The notes under the pieces were generated by a model. The model did no database searches and was not told the DNA's origin. It worked only from the letters and a program-made list of their open reading frames with translations. A stretch of 64,000 nucleotides of DNA from Pseudomonadota bacterium (GTDB lineage: Bacteria; Pseudomonadota; Gammaproteobacteria; Burkholderiales; SG8-39). Position 1 is the stretch's first letter. Each line of letters opens with the position of its first letter. Shown here piece after piece: positions 39,596-51,163 of the stretch. The translations under genes and the position numbers were made by a program. The DNA lies in assembly GCA_040752005.1 (NCBI GenBank), contig JBFMFX010000009.1, forward strand, positions 59,543 to 123,542, read 5' to 3'.

Positions 39596-41176
39596 TCAGT
39601 CCTCGGGACCGGCGCAGGGCAGCGTCAGGTGAAACTCGCCGTGCCTGGCGACCAGGGCCTCGAGCGCGCCGCCATGCGCCTCGGCGATCGCGCGGCCGAT
39701 GGCGAGGCCAAGGCCCATGCCGCTCGGCTTTGCGGAGCGGAACGGCTCGAACAGCGCATCGCCCGAGGCGGGCGGCACGCCCGGGCCGCTGTCGGAGACG
39801 ACGAAGCGCACCTCGCCGAGGCCGTGGCGGCGCGCCGCGACCGCGATCCGGCCGGGCTGCGCGCCGATCGCCTCGACCGCGTTGGCGAGCAGGTTGCGCA
39901 GCACCAGCTCGATCTGCAGCCGGTCCACGTAGAGCGCGTCGAGCCCCGGCTCGGCCGCGACCTCGAGCGCGATCGGGCGCGCGCCGATGAGCTGCGCGCC
40001 GATGCGGCGCGCCGCCTGCAGCAGCTCCTCGACCGGCACGCGCTCCAGGCGCGTCGTGCCCTCGCGAAAGAGGTCGCGCAGCCGCCGCACCACGTCGGCG
40101 GCGCGCTGCGCCTCGGCGAGCATCTTGGCGATCACTTCCCCAAGGCGCGGATCGCCCGCGGCCGCCGCCATCAGCCGCTGCGCCGCCTGCCCGTAGTTGG
40201 CGAGCGCGGTGAGCGGCTGGTTGACCTCGTGCGCGATCGCGCCCGCCATCTCGCCGGCGGCCGCAAGGCGCAGCGTCTGGCGCAGGCTCTCGGCGGCGCG
40301 CTCGCGCTCCTCGACCATCATGCCGAGATACAGGCCGGTGAGCGTGAATGCGGCCACCAGCGCCTGCAGCTCGACCGCCGGCACGCGCGCACCGGAGGCG
40401 GTGTTCATGCCGAGCACGACGCCGATCTGCACGACCACCGCGGCGGCCGCGGCGCCGTGCATGCCGCCGCGCACCGCGATCCAGATGAGGGGGGCGAACA
40501 GGAGATAGAAATGGCGCGCGGGGTCCTCGCCGAGCGCGTCGCCGAAGATCAGCGCGAGCATTGCGGCGAGCACGGCAAGTTGCGCGAGCGTCTCCGGCCG
40601 GCGCGCGAGCGCGGCGAGCGCGCGCCGGCGCGCGCCGTCGGCGGCCACCAGAAGCAGCGGCGCGGTGACCAGAATTCCCACCGTGTCCCCGATCCAGAAT
40701 CGCAGCCAGAGCTCGCCGAAACCGCCGCGCGGCAGAAGCGGCGTGGCATGCAATAGCCCGACGAACGCCACGCCGAGCACGGCGCTGCCGGCGGCGATCG
40801 CGGCGACGAACAGGGTGAGCTGGCGCACCGTGCGCAGCGCCGGCTCCGGCGGCAGCAGCATGCGCAGCGCGGCGGCGATCGCGGTGTAGCCGGCCGCGAG
40901 CACGACCGTGCTGGCGAGCGCGAGCGCCGCCCCGGCCGGCGCGCCGCGCACGACGAATTCCGCGACCGCGATCGCGCCGAGCACCGCCGGCGCGTAGCGC
41001 AGCCCGCCGAGCAGCATCCAGACGATCGCCAGCGCCGGCTGCGGATTCCACGGCGTGATGTTGAACGGCCCGACCGGCTCGATGTAGCTCGCCCAGTCGA
41101 GGGCGATGTAGCCGGGCACGAACACCGCCGTATCGCGCAGATACTGTGCCGCGGTGCGCATGGCGACAGGGATCAT
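39596..41176 (-). CDS. MASE1-domain sensor histidine kinase
   Basis: A multi-TM N-terminus (GYIALDWASY...) is followed by the H-box AGAIAHEVNQPLTAL and the ATPase boxes LRNLLANAVEA, DSGPGVP and GMGLGLAI. The start is ATG at 41176 or 41161. Confidence 0.88.
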   Translation of the reverse strand: MIPVAMRTAAQYLRDTAVFVPGYIALDWASYIEPVGPFNITPWNPQPALAIVWMLLGGLRYAPAVLGAIAVAEFVVRGAPAGAALALASTVVLAAGYTAIAAALRMLLPPEPALRTVRQLTLFVAAIAAGSAVLGVAFVGLLHATPLLPRGGFGELWLRFWIGDTVGILVTAPLLLVAADGARRRALAALARRPETLAQLAVLAAMLALIFGDALGEDPARHFYLLFAPLIWIAVRGGMHGAAAAAVVVQIGVVLGMNTASGARVPAVELQALVAAFTLTGLYLGMMVEERERAAESLRQTLRLAAAGEMAGAIAHEVNQPLTALANYGQAAQRLMAAAAGDPRLGEVIAKMLAEAQRAADVVRRLRDLFREGTTRLERVPVEELLQAARRIGAQLIGARPIALEVAAEPGLDALYVDRLQIELVLRNLLANAVEAIGAQPGRIAVAARRHGLGEVRFVVSDSGPGVPPASGDALFEPFRSAKPSGMGLGLAIGRAIAEAHGGALEALVARHGEFHLTLPCAGPED

Positions 41177-41298
41177 CGTTCGCGCGGCGCGTTCGTGCAA
41201 GTACGGGAAAGCCCGTAGCCGGAGCGCCGTACGGGCGATCGCGTAAGCGTTTACCGGGCTTACGCGCCGCCGGCGGCGCGCCCTAAGGTGGCGGCGGC

Positions 41299-41547
41299 AT
41301 GCGCACCGAATCGGCTGGCGTCTCCGAGGCGTTCGACCTGTCGCTCTGGCTGGCGTGGTTCGCGGAACTGGACCGCACCTTCGCCTTTCTGCTGGTGCTG
41401 CCGCTGGTGGTCGCCGCGGTCGGCCTGTGGGCCCACTTCCGCGAACGCGACGACGAGCGCGCGCAATGGCAGGGCGGCGAGATCGAGCGCGCGGCGCCGC
41501 AGCGCCCGGAGGCGGCCGACGCCCGCGGCGAAGTGCGCGACAACTAA
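41299..41547 (+). CDS. Hypothetical small membrane protein upstream of the mrp cluster
   Basis: An 82-aa ORF with one hydrophobic segment (FAFLLVLPLVVAAVGLWA). No recognisable motif. Confidence 0.35.
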   Translation: MRTESAGVSEAFDLSLWLAWFAELDRTFAFLLVLPLVVAAVGLWAHFRERDDERAQWQGGEIERAAPQRPEAADARGEVRDN

Positions 41548-41557
41548 GGCCATCCGG

Positions 41558-42040
41558 ATGCGGTACCTGCACCCCGCAGCACTCGCCGGCACGCTGTACG
41601 CGTTCTGGCTGCTGATGTCGGGCATCACCACGCCGTTTCTCGTCTCCGCCGGCCTTGCCTGCGCGATCGGCGTGGCGGCGCTCGCGCGCCGCATGGAGGT
41701 CGCCGACCGCGAGGGCCATCCGATCCACCTGGTGCCGGCGGCGCTCGGCTACTGGCCGTGGCTGGCGCTGCAGATCGCCAAGTCGGGATTCACGGTGGCC
41801 CGCATCGTGCTCGATCCCAAGCTGCCGGTGAGCCCGGTGATGGTTCGCTTCCGCCCGCTTCAGGAAACCACGCTCGGGCTGGCGACGCACGCCAACTCGA
41901 TCACGCTCACGCCGGGCACGATCACGGTCGAGGCGCGCCACGGCGAGTTCCTGGTGCACGCGCTCACGCGCGAGGCCGCCGCCGGGCTCGCCGGCGGCGA
42001 GATGGACCGGCGCGTGCGCCGCTTCGAGGCAGGCGGCTGA
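41558..42040 (+). CDS. mrpE: Cation:proton antiporter subunit E (MrpE/MnhE)
   Basis: AFWLLMSG...ANSITLTPGTITV is the typical MnhE block. Confidence 0.8.
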   Translation: MRYLHPAALAGTLYAFWLLMSGITTPFLVSAGLACAIGVAALARRMEVADREGHPIHLVPAALGYWPWLALQIAKSGFTVARIVLDPKLPVSPVMVRFRPLQETTLGLATHANSITLTPGTITVEARHGEFLVHALTREAAAGLAGGEMDRRVRRFEAGG

Positions 42041-42318
42041 TGCTCGCGGTGACCGTCGTGGCGTTGCTCGCAACCGTCGCGCTCGCGCTCGCGCGCGCGC
42101 TCGCGGGGCCGACGGTGTTCGACCGGCTGCTGGCGGCCAATACGCTCGGCACGGTCGCGGTGCTGCTGCTCGCGGCGATCGGATTTCTCTCCGGCCGGCC
42201 GGACTTCCTCGATCTCGCGATCGTCTACGGCCTGCTCAACATCGTCGGCACCGTCGCGGTGCTCAAGTTCTTCAGCCGCGGCGACCTCGGCGATCCCGGC
42301 GAGGAGGCGCCGCGGTGA
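42040..42318 (+). CDS. mrpF: Antiporter subunit F (MrpF/MnhF)
   Basis: GPTVFDRLLAANTLGT...AIVYGLLNIVGTVAVLKF. The start overlaps the mrpE stop as TGATG. Confidence 0.8.
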   Translation: MLAVTVVALLATVALALARALAGPTVFDRLLAANTLGTVAVLLLAAIGFLSGRPDFLDLAIVYGLLNIVGTVAVLKFFSRGDLGDPGEEAPR

Positions 42319-42641
42319 GCGCGATCGTGGATCTGGCGAGTGCCGCGCTGCTCGCCGCCGGCGCGGGCTTGTGCGTCGTCGGCGGCATCGGGTTGCTGAG
42401 GATGCCCGAGTTCTACACCCGGCTGCACGCCGCGAGCCTGTGCGACTCGACCGGCGCGATGCTGCTGCTTCTCGGACTGCTGCTGCAGGCCGGCTGGTCG
42501 CTCGCCGCCGTCAAGCTGGCGGTGATCGGGCTGCTGCTGTTTTTCACCGGCCCGGCCGCCGCGCACGCGCTGGCGCGCGCCGCGCTCGCCCGGGGGCTCG
42601 CGCCGCGGCTGGCCGACGGAGGCGGGTCGTGGAGGCGCTGA
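42315..42641 (+). CDS. mrpG: Antiporter subunit G (MrpG/MnhG)
   Basis: GIGLLRMPEFYTRLHAAS...FFTGPAAAHALARAA is the MnhG pattern. The start is a GTG. Confidence 0.85.
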   Translation: MSAIVDLASAALLAAGAGLCVVGGIGLLRMPEFYTRLHAASLCDSTGAMLLLLGLLLQAGWSLAAVKLAVIGLLLFFTGPAAAHALARAALARGLAPRLADGGGSWRR

Positions 42642-43165
42642 TCATCGCGGTGCTGCTCGCGGCGATGGTGCTGGCGGTGATCGGCATCGCCCTGCAGCGC
42701 AACCTGTTCGCCGTGGTGGTGCTCGCCGGCGCCTACAGCTTTCTCATGGCGACGGTGCTGGTGGCGCTCGACGCTGTGGACGTCGCGATGACCGAGGCCG
42801 CCGTCGGCGCCGGCGTATCCACCGTGCTGCTGCTCGGCGCCCTGCGCCTGAGCGGCGCAACCGAAGCGAAGCCGCTGCGCCGCCCGTGGCTTCCGCTTGC
42901 CCTCGCCGCGGGCGTCGGCGCGATGCTGGTGTACGGCACGCTCGGGCTGCCGGCGTTTTCGGATCCGGAAGCGCCGATCCATACCCATGTGGTGCCGCGC
43001 TACCTGACCGAGGGTCCGCGGGAGACCGGCGTTCCGAACGTGGTCACCGCGGTGCTCGCGAGCTACCGCGGCTACGACACGCTCGGCGAGACGGTGGTCG
43101 TCTTCACCGCCGGCGTCGGGGTGATCGCATTGATGCGCCGCCGGCGCAAAAGGGGGCCGCGGTGA
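42629..43165 (+). CDS. DUF4040/MnhB-N-like membrane subunit (MrpA C-terminal-like, MbhD/E-like)
   Basis: AVDVAMTEAAVGAGVSTVLLL ... NVVTAVLASYRGYDTLGE is the MnhB-type motif. A GTG at 42629 is in frame. Confidence 0.7.
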   Translation: MEALIIAVLLAAMVLAVIGIALQRNLFAVVVLAGAYSFLMATVLVALDAVDVAMTEAAVGAGVSTVLLLGALRLSGATEAKPLRRPWLPLALAAGVGAMLVYGTLGLPAFSDPEAPIHTHVVPRYLTEGPRETGVPNVVTAVLASYRGYDTLGETVVVFTAGVGVIALMRRRRKRGPR

Positions 43166-43590
43166 GGAACGATCTGGTGTTGCGCGTGCTCGCCAAGCTT
43201 CTCATCCCGTTCATGCTGATGTTCGCGCTCTACGTGCAGTTTCACGGCGACTACGGCCCCGGGGGAGGCTTTCAGGCGGGCGTGATCGCCGCCGCGGCGA
43301 TCGTCTTCTACGCGCTCATCTACGGGCTTGCCGCCGCGCAGCGCCTGGTGCCCGAGCGCCTCGCCGAGGCGCTGCTCGCCGCCGGCGTCTTTCTCTACTG
43401 CGCGGTCGGCATCGCCGGCCTCGCGCTCGGCGGCAACTACCTCGATTATTTCGTGCTGGGCAGCGACCCGGTCGCCGGCCAGCACCGCGGCATCTTCTGG
43501 GTCGAGGCGGGGGTGGGGGCCACCGTCGCCGGCACGATGCTCAAGCTTTTCTACATGTTCGCCGCGCGCGGCCGGGAGGCGGGCTCGTGA
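43162..43590 (+). CDS. mrpB: Antiporter subunit B (MrpB/MnhB)
   Basis: LIPFMLMFALYVQFHGDYGPGGGFQAG is the MnhB core. GTGA overlap with the upstream gene. Confidence 0.8.
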   Translation: MRNDLVLRVLAKLLIPFMLMFALYVQFHGDYGPGGGFQAGVIAAAAIVFYALIYGLAAAQRLVPERLAEALLAAGVFLYCAVGIAGLALGGNYLDYFVLGSDPVAGQHRGIFWVEAGVGATVAGTMLKLFYMFAARGREAGS

Positions 43591-43964
43591 GCGCCGCGGC
43601 TTCGCACTTCAGCTACTGGGCGACGATCGCGCTGCTGATCGGCGGCCTGTACATCCTGATCGCGCGCGGCAACCTGTTCAAGAAGCTGATCGGCCTGGCG
43701 ATCATGCAGACCTCGGTGTACCTGCTCTACATCGCGCCCGGGAAACTCATCGGCGGCACCGCGCCGATCGTCGCCGAAGGCTACGCCACCTACTCCAATC
43801 CCCTGCCGCACGTGCTGATCCTCACCGCGATCGTGGTCGGCGTCGCCACCCTCGCCCTCGGCCTGGCGATCGTGGTGCGCATCCGCGAAGCCTACGGCAC
43901 GGTCGAGGAAGACGAAGTCCTGAAGCTCGACCGCGCCGACGCGCCGCAACGCCCGGAGCGCTGA
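43587..43964 (+). CDS. mrpC: Antiporter subunit C (MrpC/MnhC, NuoK-like)
   Basis: LIGGLYILIARGNLFKKLIGLAIMQTSVYLLYI. Confidence 0.85.
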   Translation: MSAAASHFSYWATIALLIGGLYILIARGNLFKKLIGLAIMQTSVYLLYIAPGKLIGGTAPIVAEGYATYSNPLPHVLILTAIVVGVATLALGLAIVVRIREAYGTVEEDEVLKLDRADAPQRPER

Positions 43965-45445
43965 TGCGCGAGCATCTGCCGGCGCTGCAGGTCGTCCTGC
44001 CGCTCGTCGCGGCGCCGCTCATCGTGCTCGCGCGCTCGCCGCGCTTCGCCTGGCTCGCGGCGACCGCGGCGAGCTACGGCGCGCTGGTGGCCGCGGTGCT
44101 GCTCGCCGCCGAGGTGGCTGCGGGCGGCACGGTCTCCTACGCCATCGGCAGCTGGCCGCCGCCCTGGGGAATCGAGTACCGCGTGGACCCGCTCTCGGCG
44201 TTCGTGCTGGTGCTGGTCGCGCTCACGGCGTCGCTCGTCGCCCCGTACGCCGAGCGCTCGATCGGTGCCGAGATCGCCGCCGACCGGCGCTACCTCGCCT
44301 ACGCGATGTATTGCCTGTGTCTTGCGGGGCTGCTCGGCATGGTGGCGACCGGGGATGCCTTCAACCTGTTCGTGTTCCTGGAGATCGCCTCGCTTGCGAC
44401 CTACGTGCTGATCGCCCTCGGGCCGCAGCGCAGGGCGCTCCTCGCCGCGTACCAGTACATGCTGATGGGCACCGTCGGCGCGACCTTCTACGTGATCGGA
44501 GTGGGGTTGCTGTACCTGATGACCGGTACGCTCAACCTCGCCGACATGGCCGAGCGGCTGCACGATGTGCAGGAGCTGCGCCCGGTGCTCGCCGCGCTCG
44601 CCTTCATCACCGTCGGCATGGGCCTGAAGCTCGCGCTCTTTCCGCTGCACCAGTGGCTGCCGAACGCCTACGCGTGCGCGCCCTCGATGGTGTCGGCGTT
44701 CCTCGCCGCCACCGCGACCAAGGTGTCGGTGTACGTGCTGCTGCGCTACTACTACACGGTGTTCGACCCGTGGGCCCTGTTCGAGCGGCTGCCGACCGGC
44801 GAGGTGCTGATCGCGCTCTCGGTGGCGGCGATGCTGGTCGCCTCGCTCGTCGCGGTGTACGAGCCGGACGTGAAGCGCCTGTTCGCCTGGTCGAGCGTGG
44901 CGCAGATCGGCTACATCACGCTCGGCATCGGCCTGGACAACCAGGCGGGCCTCACCGCCGCGCTCGCGCACCTGCTCAATCACGGCATCGCCAAGGGCGC
45001 GATCTTCGTGCTGCTCGGCGGCGTCGCGCTGCGCGCGGGCGCCGGCGCGCTCGGCGTGGCGGACCTCGCCGGGCTCGCGGCGCGCATGCCGCTCACCGCC
45101 CTCGGCCTGGCGATCGCGGGCCTGTCGCTCATCGGCGTGCCGGGCACCGCCGGCTTCGTCACCAAGTGGTACCTGGTGCTCGGGGCGCTGGAGCGCGGCC
45201 TGTGGTGGCTGGTCGCGGTCGTCGTCGCGAGTTCGCTGCTCGCGGCGATCTACGTCTGGCGCGTGGTCGAGGCGGCGTATCTACGGCCGGCGCCGGCGGG
45301 CGCCGGCCGGGGCGAGGCGCCCGCCCCGATGCTTGCCGCGGCGATGGCGATGGCCGCGCTGTGCGTCTATTTCGGCTTCGAGACCTCGTTCAACGTCGGG
45401 GCCGCGCGCGAGGCGGCCGACTTCCTCACCCGGGGGTTGCGGTGA
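43964..45445 (+). CDS. MrpD/NuoN-like proton-conducting subunit, paralogue 1
   Basis: FNLFVFLEIASLATYVLIAL ... LNHGIAKGAIFVL is the NuoL/M/N family pattern. Confidence 0.85.
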   Translation: MREHLPALQVVLPLVAAPLIVLARSPRFAWLAATAASYGALVAAVLLAAEVAAGGTVSYAIGSWPPPWGIEYRVDPLSAFVLVLVALTASLVAPYAERSIGAEIAADRRYLAYAMYCLCLAGLLGMVATGDAFNLFVFLEIASLATYVLIALGPQRRALLAAYQYMLMGTVGATFYVIGVGLLYLMTGTLNLADMAERLHDVQELRPVLAALAFITVGMGLKLALFPLHQWLPNAYACAPSMVSAFLAATATKVSVYVLLRYYYTVFDPWALFERLPTGEVLIALSVAAMLVASLVAVYEPDVKRLFAWSSVAQIGYITLGIGLDNQAGLTAALAHLLNHGIAKGAIFVLLGGVALRAGAGALGVADLAGLAARMPLTALGLAIAGLSLIGVPGTAGFVTKWYLVLGALERGLWWLVAVVVASSLLAAIYVWRVVEAAYLRPAPAGAGRGEAPAPMLAAAMAMAALCVYFGFETSFNVGAAREAADFLTRGLR

Positions 45446-46893
45446 GCGACGCGGGGCTGCTTGCCCTTTGCGTTCTCGTTCCCTGCGCCGGCGCGCTCGC
45501 GGTTGCGCTGCTCGATCGCCGGCCGAACCTGCGCGAGGCGGCCTCCCTTGCCGCCGCCGCGGCGCTGGTGGCGGCGGTGGCCGCGCTCGTGCCGCCGGTG
45601 CTGGCCGGCGAGCGCCCGGCGCTAAAGGTGCTCGAACTGCTGCCCGGCATCGCGCTCGCGCTCGAACTGGAACCGCTCGGCCTTCTGTTCGCGCTGGTCG
45701 CATCGAGCCTGTGGTTCGTGAGCACGATCTACTCGATCGGCTACATGCGCGGCAACGACGAGCCGCGCCAGACGCGCTTTTACGTGTGCTTTGCGCTCGC
45801 GATCGGCGCGGCGATCGGCGTGGCGCTCGCGGCGAACCTGCTCACGCTCTACCTCTTTTACGAGGCGCTCACCTTCGTCACCTGGCCCCTGGTGACGCAC
45901 CACGGCGACGCCGAGGCGCGCCGCGGCGGGCGCACCTACCTCGCGCTGCTCCTTGCCACCTCGATGCTCTTTCTGCTGCCGGCGATCGCGATCACCTGGT
46001 CGCTCGCCGGCACGCTCGATTTTGCGCCCGGCGGGATTCTCGGCGGTCGCGTCGAAGGCTGGGCGGCGGCGGGCCTTGCCGCGCTCTACGCTTTCGGCAT
46101 CGGCAAGGCGGCGCTGATGCCGCTGCACCGCTGGCTGCCGGCGGCGATGGTGGCGCCGACGCCGGTCTCGGCGCTGCTGCACGCCGTCGCGGTGGTGAAG
46201 GCGGGCGTGTTCTGCGTGCTCAAGGTGGTGCTCTATGTGTTCGGCCCAGGTTTCGGAGCGCAGGCCTTCGGCTGGCTGCCGTGGGTGGCCGGATTCACCA
46301 TCGTCGCCGCCTCCCTGGTCGCGCTGCGCTCGGACAACCTCAAGCGGCGCCTGGCCTACTCGACCGTGAGCCAGCTCTCCTACGTCGTGCTCGCCGCCGC
46401 GCTGCTCACGCCGCTTTCGCTCGCAGGCGCCGCGCTGCACATCGCCGCGCACGCCTTCGGCAAGATCACTCTCTTTTTCGCCGCCGGCGCCGTCTACACC
46501 GCATGCGGCAAGACCCGAGTGAGCGAGCTGGACGGCATCGGCCGGCACATGCCCTGGACCTTCGCCGCGTTCGCGATCGGCGCGCTCTCGATGGTCGGGT
46601 TGCCGCCGGCGGCCGGGTTCGCGAGCAAGTGGTACATCGTCGGCGGTGCGCTCCAGGCCGGGCACTGGGCGGCGCTCGCCGTCATCGCCGCGAGCACGCT
46701 GCTCAACGCCGGGTACCTCCTGCCGATCGTCTACCGCGCCTTCTTCGTTGCGCCGCCTGCGGCAGTGGCGGCGCACGGCGAGGCGCCGGCGAGCATGGTC
46801 GCGGCGATCGCCGCAAGCGCCGGCCTGACCGTGCTGTTCTTTTTCTTCGCCGACCTGCCGCTTGCGCTCGCGGCGCGGTTCGCAGGTGCCTGA
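45442..46893 (+). CDS. MrpD/NuoM-like proton-conducting subunit, paralogue 2
   Basis: LLTLYLFYEALTFVTWPLV ... PLHRWLPAAMVAPTPVSALLHAVAVVKAGVF. GTGA overlap with the upstream gene. Confidence 0.85.
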   Translation: MSDAGLLALCVLVPCAGALAVALLDRRPNLREAASLAAAAALVAAVAALVPPVLAGERPALKVLELLPGIALALELEPLGLLFALVASSLWFVSTIYSIGYMRGNDEPRQTRFYVCFALAIGAAIGVALAANLLTLYLFYEALTFVTWPLVTHHGDAEARRGGRTYLALLLATSMLFLLPAIAITWSLAGTLDFAPGGILGGRVEGWAAAGLAALYAFGIGKAALMPLHRWLPAAMVAPTPVSALLHAVAVVKAGVFCVLKVVLYVFGPGFGAQAFGWLPWVAGFTIVAASLVALRSDNLKRRLAYSTVSQLSYVVLAAALLTPLSLAGAALHIAAHAFGKITLFFAAGAVYTACGKTRVSELDGIGRHMPWTFAAFAIGALSMVGLPPAAGFASKWYIVGGALQAGHWAALAVIAASTLLNAGYLLPIVYRAFFVAPPAAVAAHGEAPASMVAAIAASAGLTVLFFFFADLPLALAARFAGA

Positions 46894-46894
46894 C

Positions 46895-47101
46895 ATGCGT
46901 CGCGCCTGGACGCTTTTCCTCTGCGCGCTCGCGGCCACGGTCGCCGCCGAACTGTTCATCGCGCCGCAGCCGCACTTCGAATTCGAGCGGCTGTTCGCCT
47001 TCCACGCGCTGTACGGTTTCGCCGCATGCGCGGCGCTGATCCTCCTTGCCAGGGCGCTCGGGTTTTTCCTCAAGCGCCGCGACGACTACTATGGCGGCTA
47101 G
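46895..47101 (+). CDS. Hypothetical small membrane protein inside the mrp cluster (68 aa)
   Basis: It has two hydrophobic segments, starts 2 nt after the previous stop, and overlaps the next gene by 11 nt. Confidence 0.4.
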   Translation: MRRAWTLFLCALAATVAAELFIAPQPHFEFERLFAFHALYGFAACAALILLARALGFFLKRRDDYYGG

Positions 47102-48782
47102 CGCGCTCGCCCATCCGGGGCTGCTGCTCATCGTGGCGGCGATCGCGCTCGCGCCGCTGCGCGGCGCGGCGCGCACGGCGCTCGCGCTCGGCGCACCGCT
47201 CGCGGCGCTCGCGCTCGCATGGCAGATGGAGGAGGGCGTTCACTGGCGCGTGCAGTATCTCGGCATGGCGCTCGCGCCGTTCGCGGTGGACGCGCTCTCG
47301 CGTCTGTTCGCGATCGTCTTCGCGCTGATCGCGTTCTGCGGCGCGCTCTTTGCGCTCGGCCAGGAGCGGCGCGCCGAGCTGCCGGCGGCGTTCCTCTACG
47401 CCGGCTCGGCGATCGGCGCGGTGCTCGCCGGCGATCTCGTGACGCTGTTCGTTTTCTGGGAGGCGATGGCGGCGGGCTCCACGCTCGTGCTCTGGAGCAC
47501 GGCAACGCCCGCCGCCTGGCGCGCGAGCCTGCGCTACCTGATGGTGCACCTCGCCGGCGGCACGCTGCTTATGGCCGGGATCGCGGCGCACGTGCTGCAG
47601 ACCGCAGGTGCCGCGTTCGAGCCGATGCAGCCGGAGGGTCTCGCCCAGTGGCTGATCCTCGTTGCGTTCCTGGTCAACGCTGCGGCGTGGCCGCTCTCGG
47701 CATGGCTGCCGGACGCCTATCCGGAGGCGTCCTGGAGCGGGATGGTGTTTCTTTCCGCCTTCACCACCAAGACGGCGGTGTACGCGCTGCTGCGTGGCTT
47801 CCCCGGCACGGAACTCCTGGTCTGGATCGGGCTTGCGATGGTGTTCTACGGCATCGTGTACGCGCTGCTGGAGAACGACATGCGCCGCATCCTCGCCTAC
47901 AGCATCGTGAACCAGGTGGGATTCATGGTCGCGGGAGCGGGCATCGGCACCGAGATGGCGCTCAACGGCGCCGCCGCACATGCCTTCACCCACATCCTGT
48001 ACAAGGCGCTCCTTCTCATGTCGGCGGGCGCGGTGCTTTACGCCACGGGCCGGCGCCAGTGCACCGAGCTCGGGGGACTGTGGCGCAGCATGCCGTTTAC
48101 CTGCGCTTGCGGGATCGTCGGCGCGCTGTCGATCTCCTCGTTTCCTCTCACCTCGGGCTTCGTCAGCAAGTCCATGATCGCCCAGGCGGCAAGCGACGCG
48201 CACCTCGCCACCGTCTGGCTGCTTCTCGCCGCGGCTTCCGCCGGCGTGTTCCTGCATGCCGGGATCAAGTTCCCGTGGTTCGTCTTCTTCCAGAAGGATT
48301 CGGGTTTGCGTCCGCCCGAGCCACCCTGGAACATGCGCGCGGCGATGCTTCTCGTTGCGGCGCTCTGCATCGGGTTCGGCATCGCCTACGAGCCGCTCTA
48401 CGCGCTGCTGCCGTACCCGGTCGCTTACCGGCCCTACAGCGCCTGGCACGTCGTCGCGCAGTTGCAGCTTCTGCTCTTCTCGGGGCTTGCGTTCTTCGTG
48501 ATGCTCGGGTGGCTGAAGCGCACGCGCACGATCACGCTGGATGTGGACTGGTTCTGGCGCGGGCTCCCGGTGCGGGCGGCTGCGCGCGGCGCCGTCCTGT
48601 GTGCCGTGGCGCTCGCCTTGGCCGAAAGGCGCCTGCGGGACATCTGCGGCGCGCTGGCGGCGCAGCTGCGGCGCACGCACGGGCCGCAGGCGGCGCTTGC
48701 GCGCACCTGGCCCACCGGCGCGATGGGCGCGGGCGTCATGGCGCTGCTGCTCGCGCTGCTGCTCTCGTATTACGCCCTGTGA
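47091..48782 (+). CDS. MrpD/MrpA-like proton-conducting subunit, paralogue 3
   Basis: [20 protein letters not shown] ... [21 protein letters not shown]. Confidence 0.82.
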   Translation: MAASALAHPGLLLIVAAIALAPLRGAARTALALGAPLAALALAWQMEEGVHWRVQYLGMALAPFAVDALSRLFAIVFALIAFCGALFALGQERRAELPAAFLYAGSAIGAVLAGDLVTLFVFWEAMAAGSTLVLWSTATPAAWRASLRYLMVHLAGGTLLMAGIAAHVLQTAGAAFEPMQPEGLAQWLILVAFLVNAAAWPLSAWLPDAYPEASWSGMVFLSAFTTKTAVYALLRGFPGTELLVWIGLAMVFYGIVYALLENDMRRILAYSIVNQVGFMVAGAGIGTEMALNGAAAHAFTHILYKALLLMSAGAVLYATGRRQCTELGGLWRSMPFTCACGIVGALSISSFPLTSGFVSKSMIAQAASDAHLATVWLLLAAASAGVFLHAGIKFPWFVFFQKDSGLRPPEPPWNMRAAMLLVAALCIGFGIAYEPLYALLPYPVAYRPYSAWHVVAQLQLLLFSGLAFFVMLGWLKRTRTITLDVDWFWRGLPVRAAARGAVLCAVALALAERRLRDICGALAAQLRRTHGPQAALARTWPTGAMGAGVMALLLALLLSYYAL

Positions 48783-48968
48783 GCGTTCGCCGGCGCATGC
48801 CGGCCCCCGGCGCCGCGCCCGCGCCATGGCACCGCGAGCCGGGCGAAGAGCGGGCGTGCGGCGGCGTCGCGGTCCGGCGCCGGCGGCGCGCCGAGTTCTT
48901 GACTTTTCTCATTTGTCCGGGCGCGTTCCGCCGCTACACTGCGCGGCTCCAACCTGCGGGGGGAGAGC

Positions 48969-50143
<1,175 letters not shown>

Positions 50144-50147
<4 letters not shown>

Positions 50148-51025
50148 GCATCCTCATCAACCGCCACACGCGCGTGGTCACGCAGGGGATCACCGGCAAG
50201 ACCGGGCAGTTCCACACGCAGATGAGCCGCGCCTACGCGAACGGCCGCGAATGCTACGTGGCCGGTGTCAACCCGAAGAAGGCGGGCGAGAGCTTCGAGG
50301 GCATCCCGATCTTCGCCACCGTGCGCGAGGCAAAGGAAAAAACCGGCGCCAACGTCTCGGTGATCTACGTGCCGCCGGCGGGCGCGGCGGCCGCCATCTG
50401 GGAGGCGGTCGAGGCCGACCTCGATCTCGTCATCTGCATCACCGAGGGCATCCCGGTGCGCGACATGATCGTGGTGCGCGACCGCATGCGCAAGCAGAAC
50501 CGCAGGACGCTGCTGGTCGGCCCCAACTGCCCCGGGGTCATCACTCCCGACGAGATCAAGATCGGCATCATGCCCGGCCACATCCACAAGAAGGGGCGCG
50601 TCGGCGTCGTGTCGCGTTCGGGAACACTGACCTACGAGGCGGTGGCGCAGCTCACCGAGCTCGGCATCGGCCAGTCCACCGCCGTCGGCATCGGCGGCGA
50701 CCCGGTGAACGGCTTGAAGCACGTGGACGTGCTCAGGATGTTCAACGACGACCCGGACACCGACGCCGTCATCATGATCGGCGAGATCGGCGGCTCGGAC
50801 GAGGAAACTGCCGCCGAGTGGGTGAAGGCGAACATGAAAAAACCGGTGGTCGGCTTCATCGCCGGAGTCACCGCCCCGCCCGGAAAGCGAATGGGCCACG
50901 CCGGTGCCATCATCTCCGGCGGCAAGGGCACCGCGCAGGAAAAGCTCGCGGTGATGGAGGCCTGCGGCATCAAGGTGACGCGCAACCCGGCGGAGATGGG
51001 CAAGCTGCTCAAATCGGTGCTGTAG
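50144..51025 (+). CDS. sucD: Succinyl-CoA synthetase alpha subunit
   Basis: [25 protein letters not shown]...[10 protein letters not shown]...SRSGTLTYE...[12 protein letters not shown] overlap with sucC. This is the C-terminal part of spurious ORF 47219..51025. Confidence 0.96.
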
Positions 51026-51163
51026 CCTGGGGCCTGCGCTTCGGCAGCCGTCGAGATTGTCGTCCGGGGCGCGGGCGCGGTTTGCCGCGCGGCATGGGGC
51101 CGCGGACGGGCAAGCCGCTCGAGCACGCCGCTCCTTGTCCTGCGCAGGCGAAGGTCGGGATCC

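Noticed and set aside
38910-41051. A 713-aa minus-strand ORF, and the plus-strand ORF 38729..40756 (675 aa).
   Set aside because: Both are alternative or antisense frames over the response regulator and histidine kinase genes, which have unambiguous motifs in their own frames.
48899-48940. TTGACT ... TACACT upstream of sucC, considered as a sigma70 promoter.
   Set aside because: The hexamers are separated by 30 nt, far from the 16-18 nt optimum. I found no better -10 at the correct spacing.
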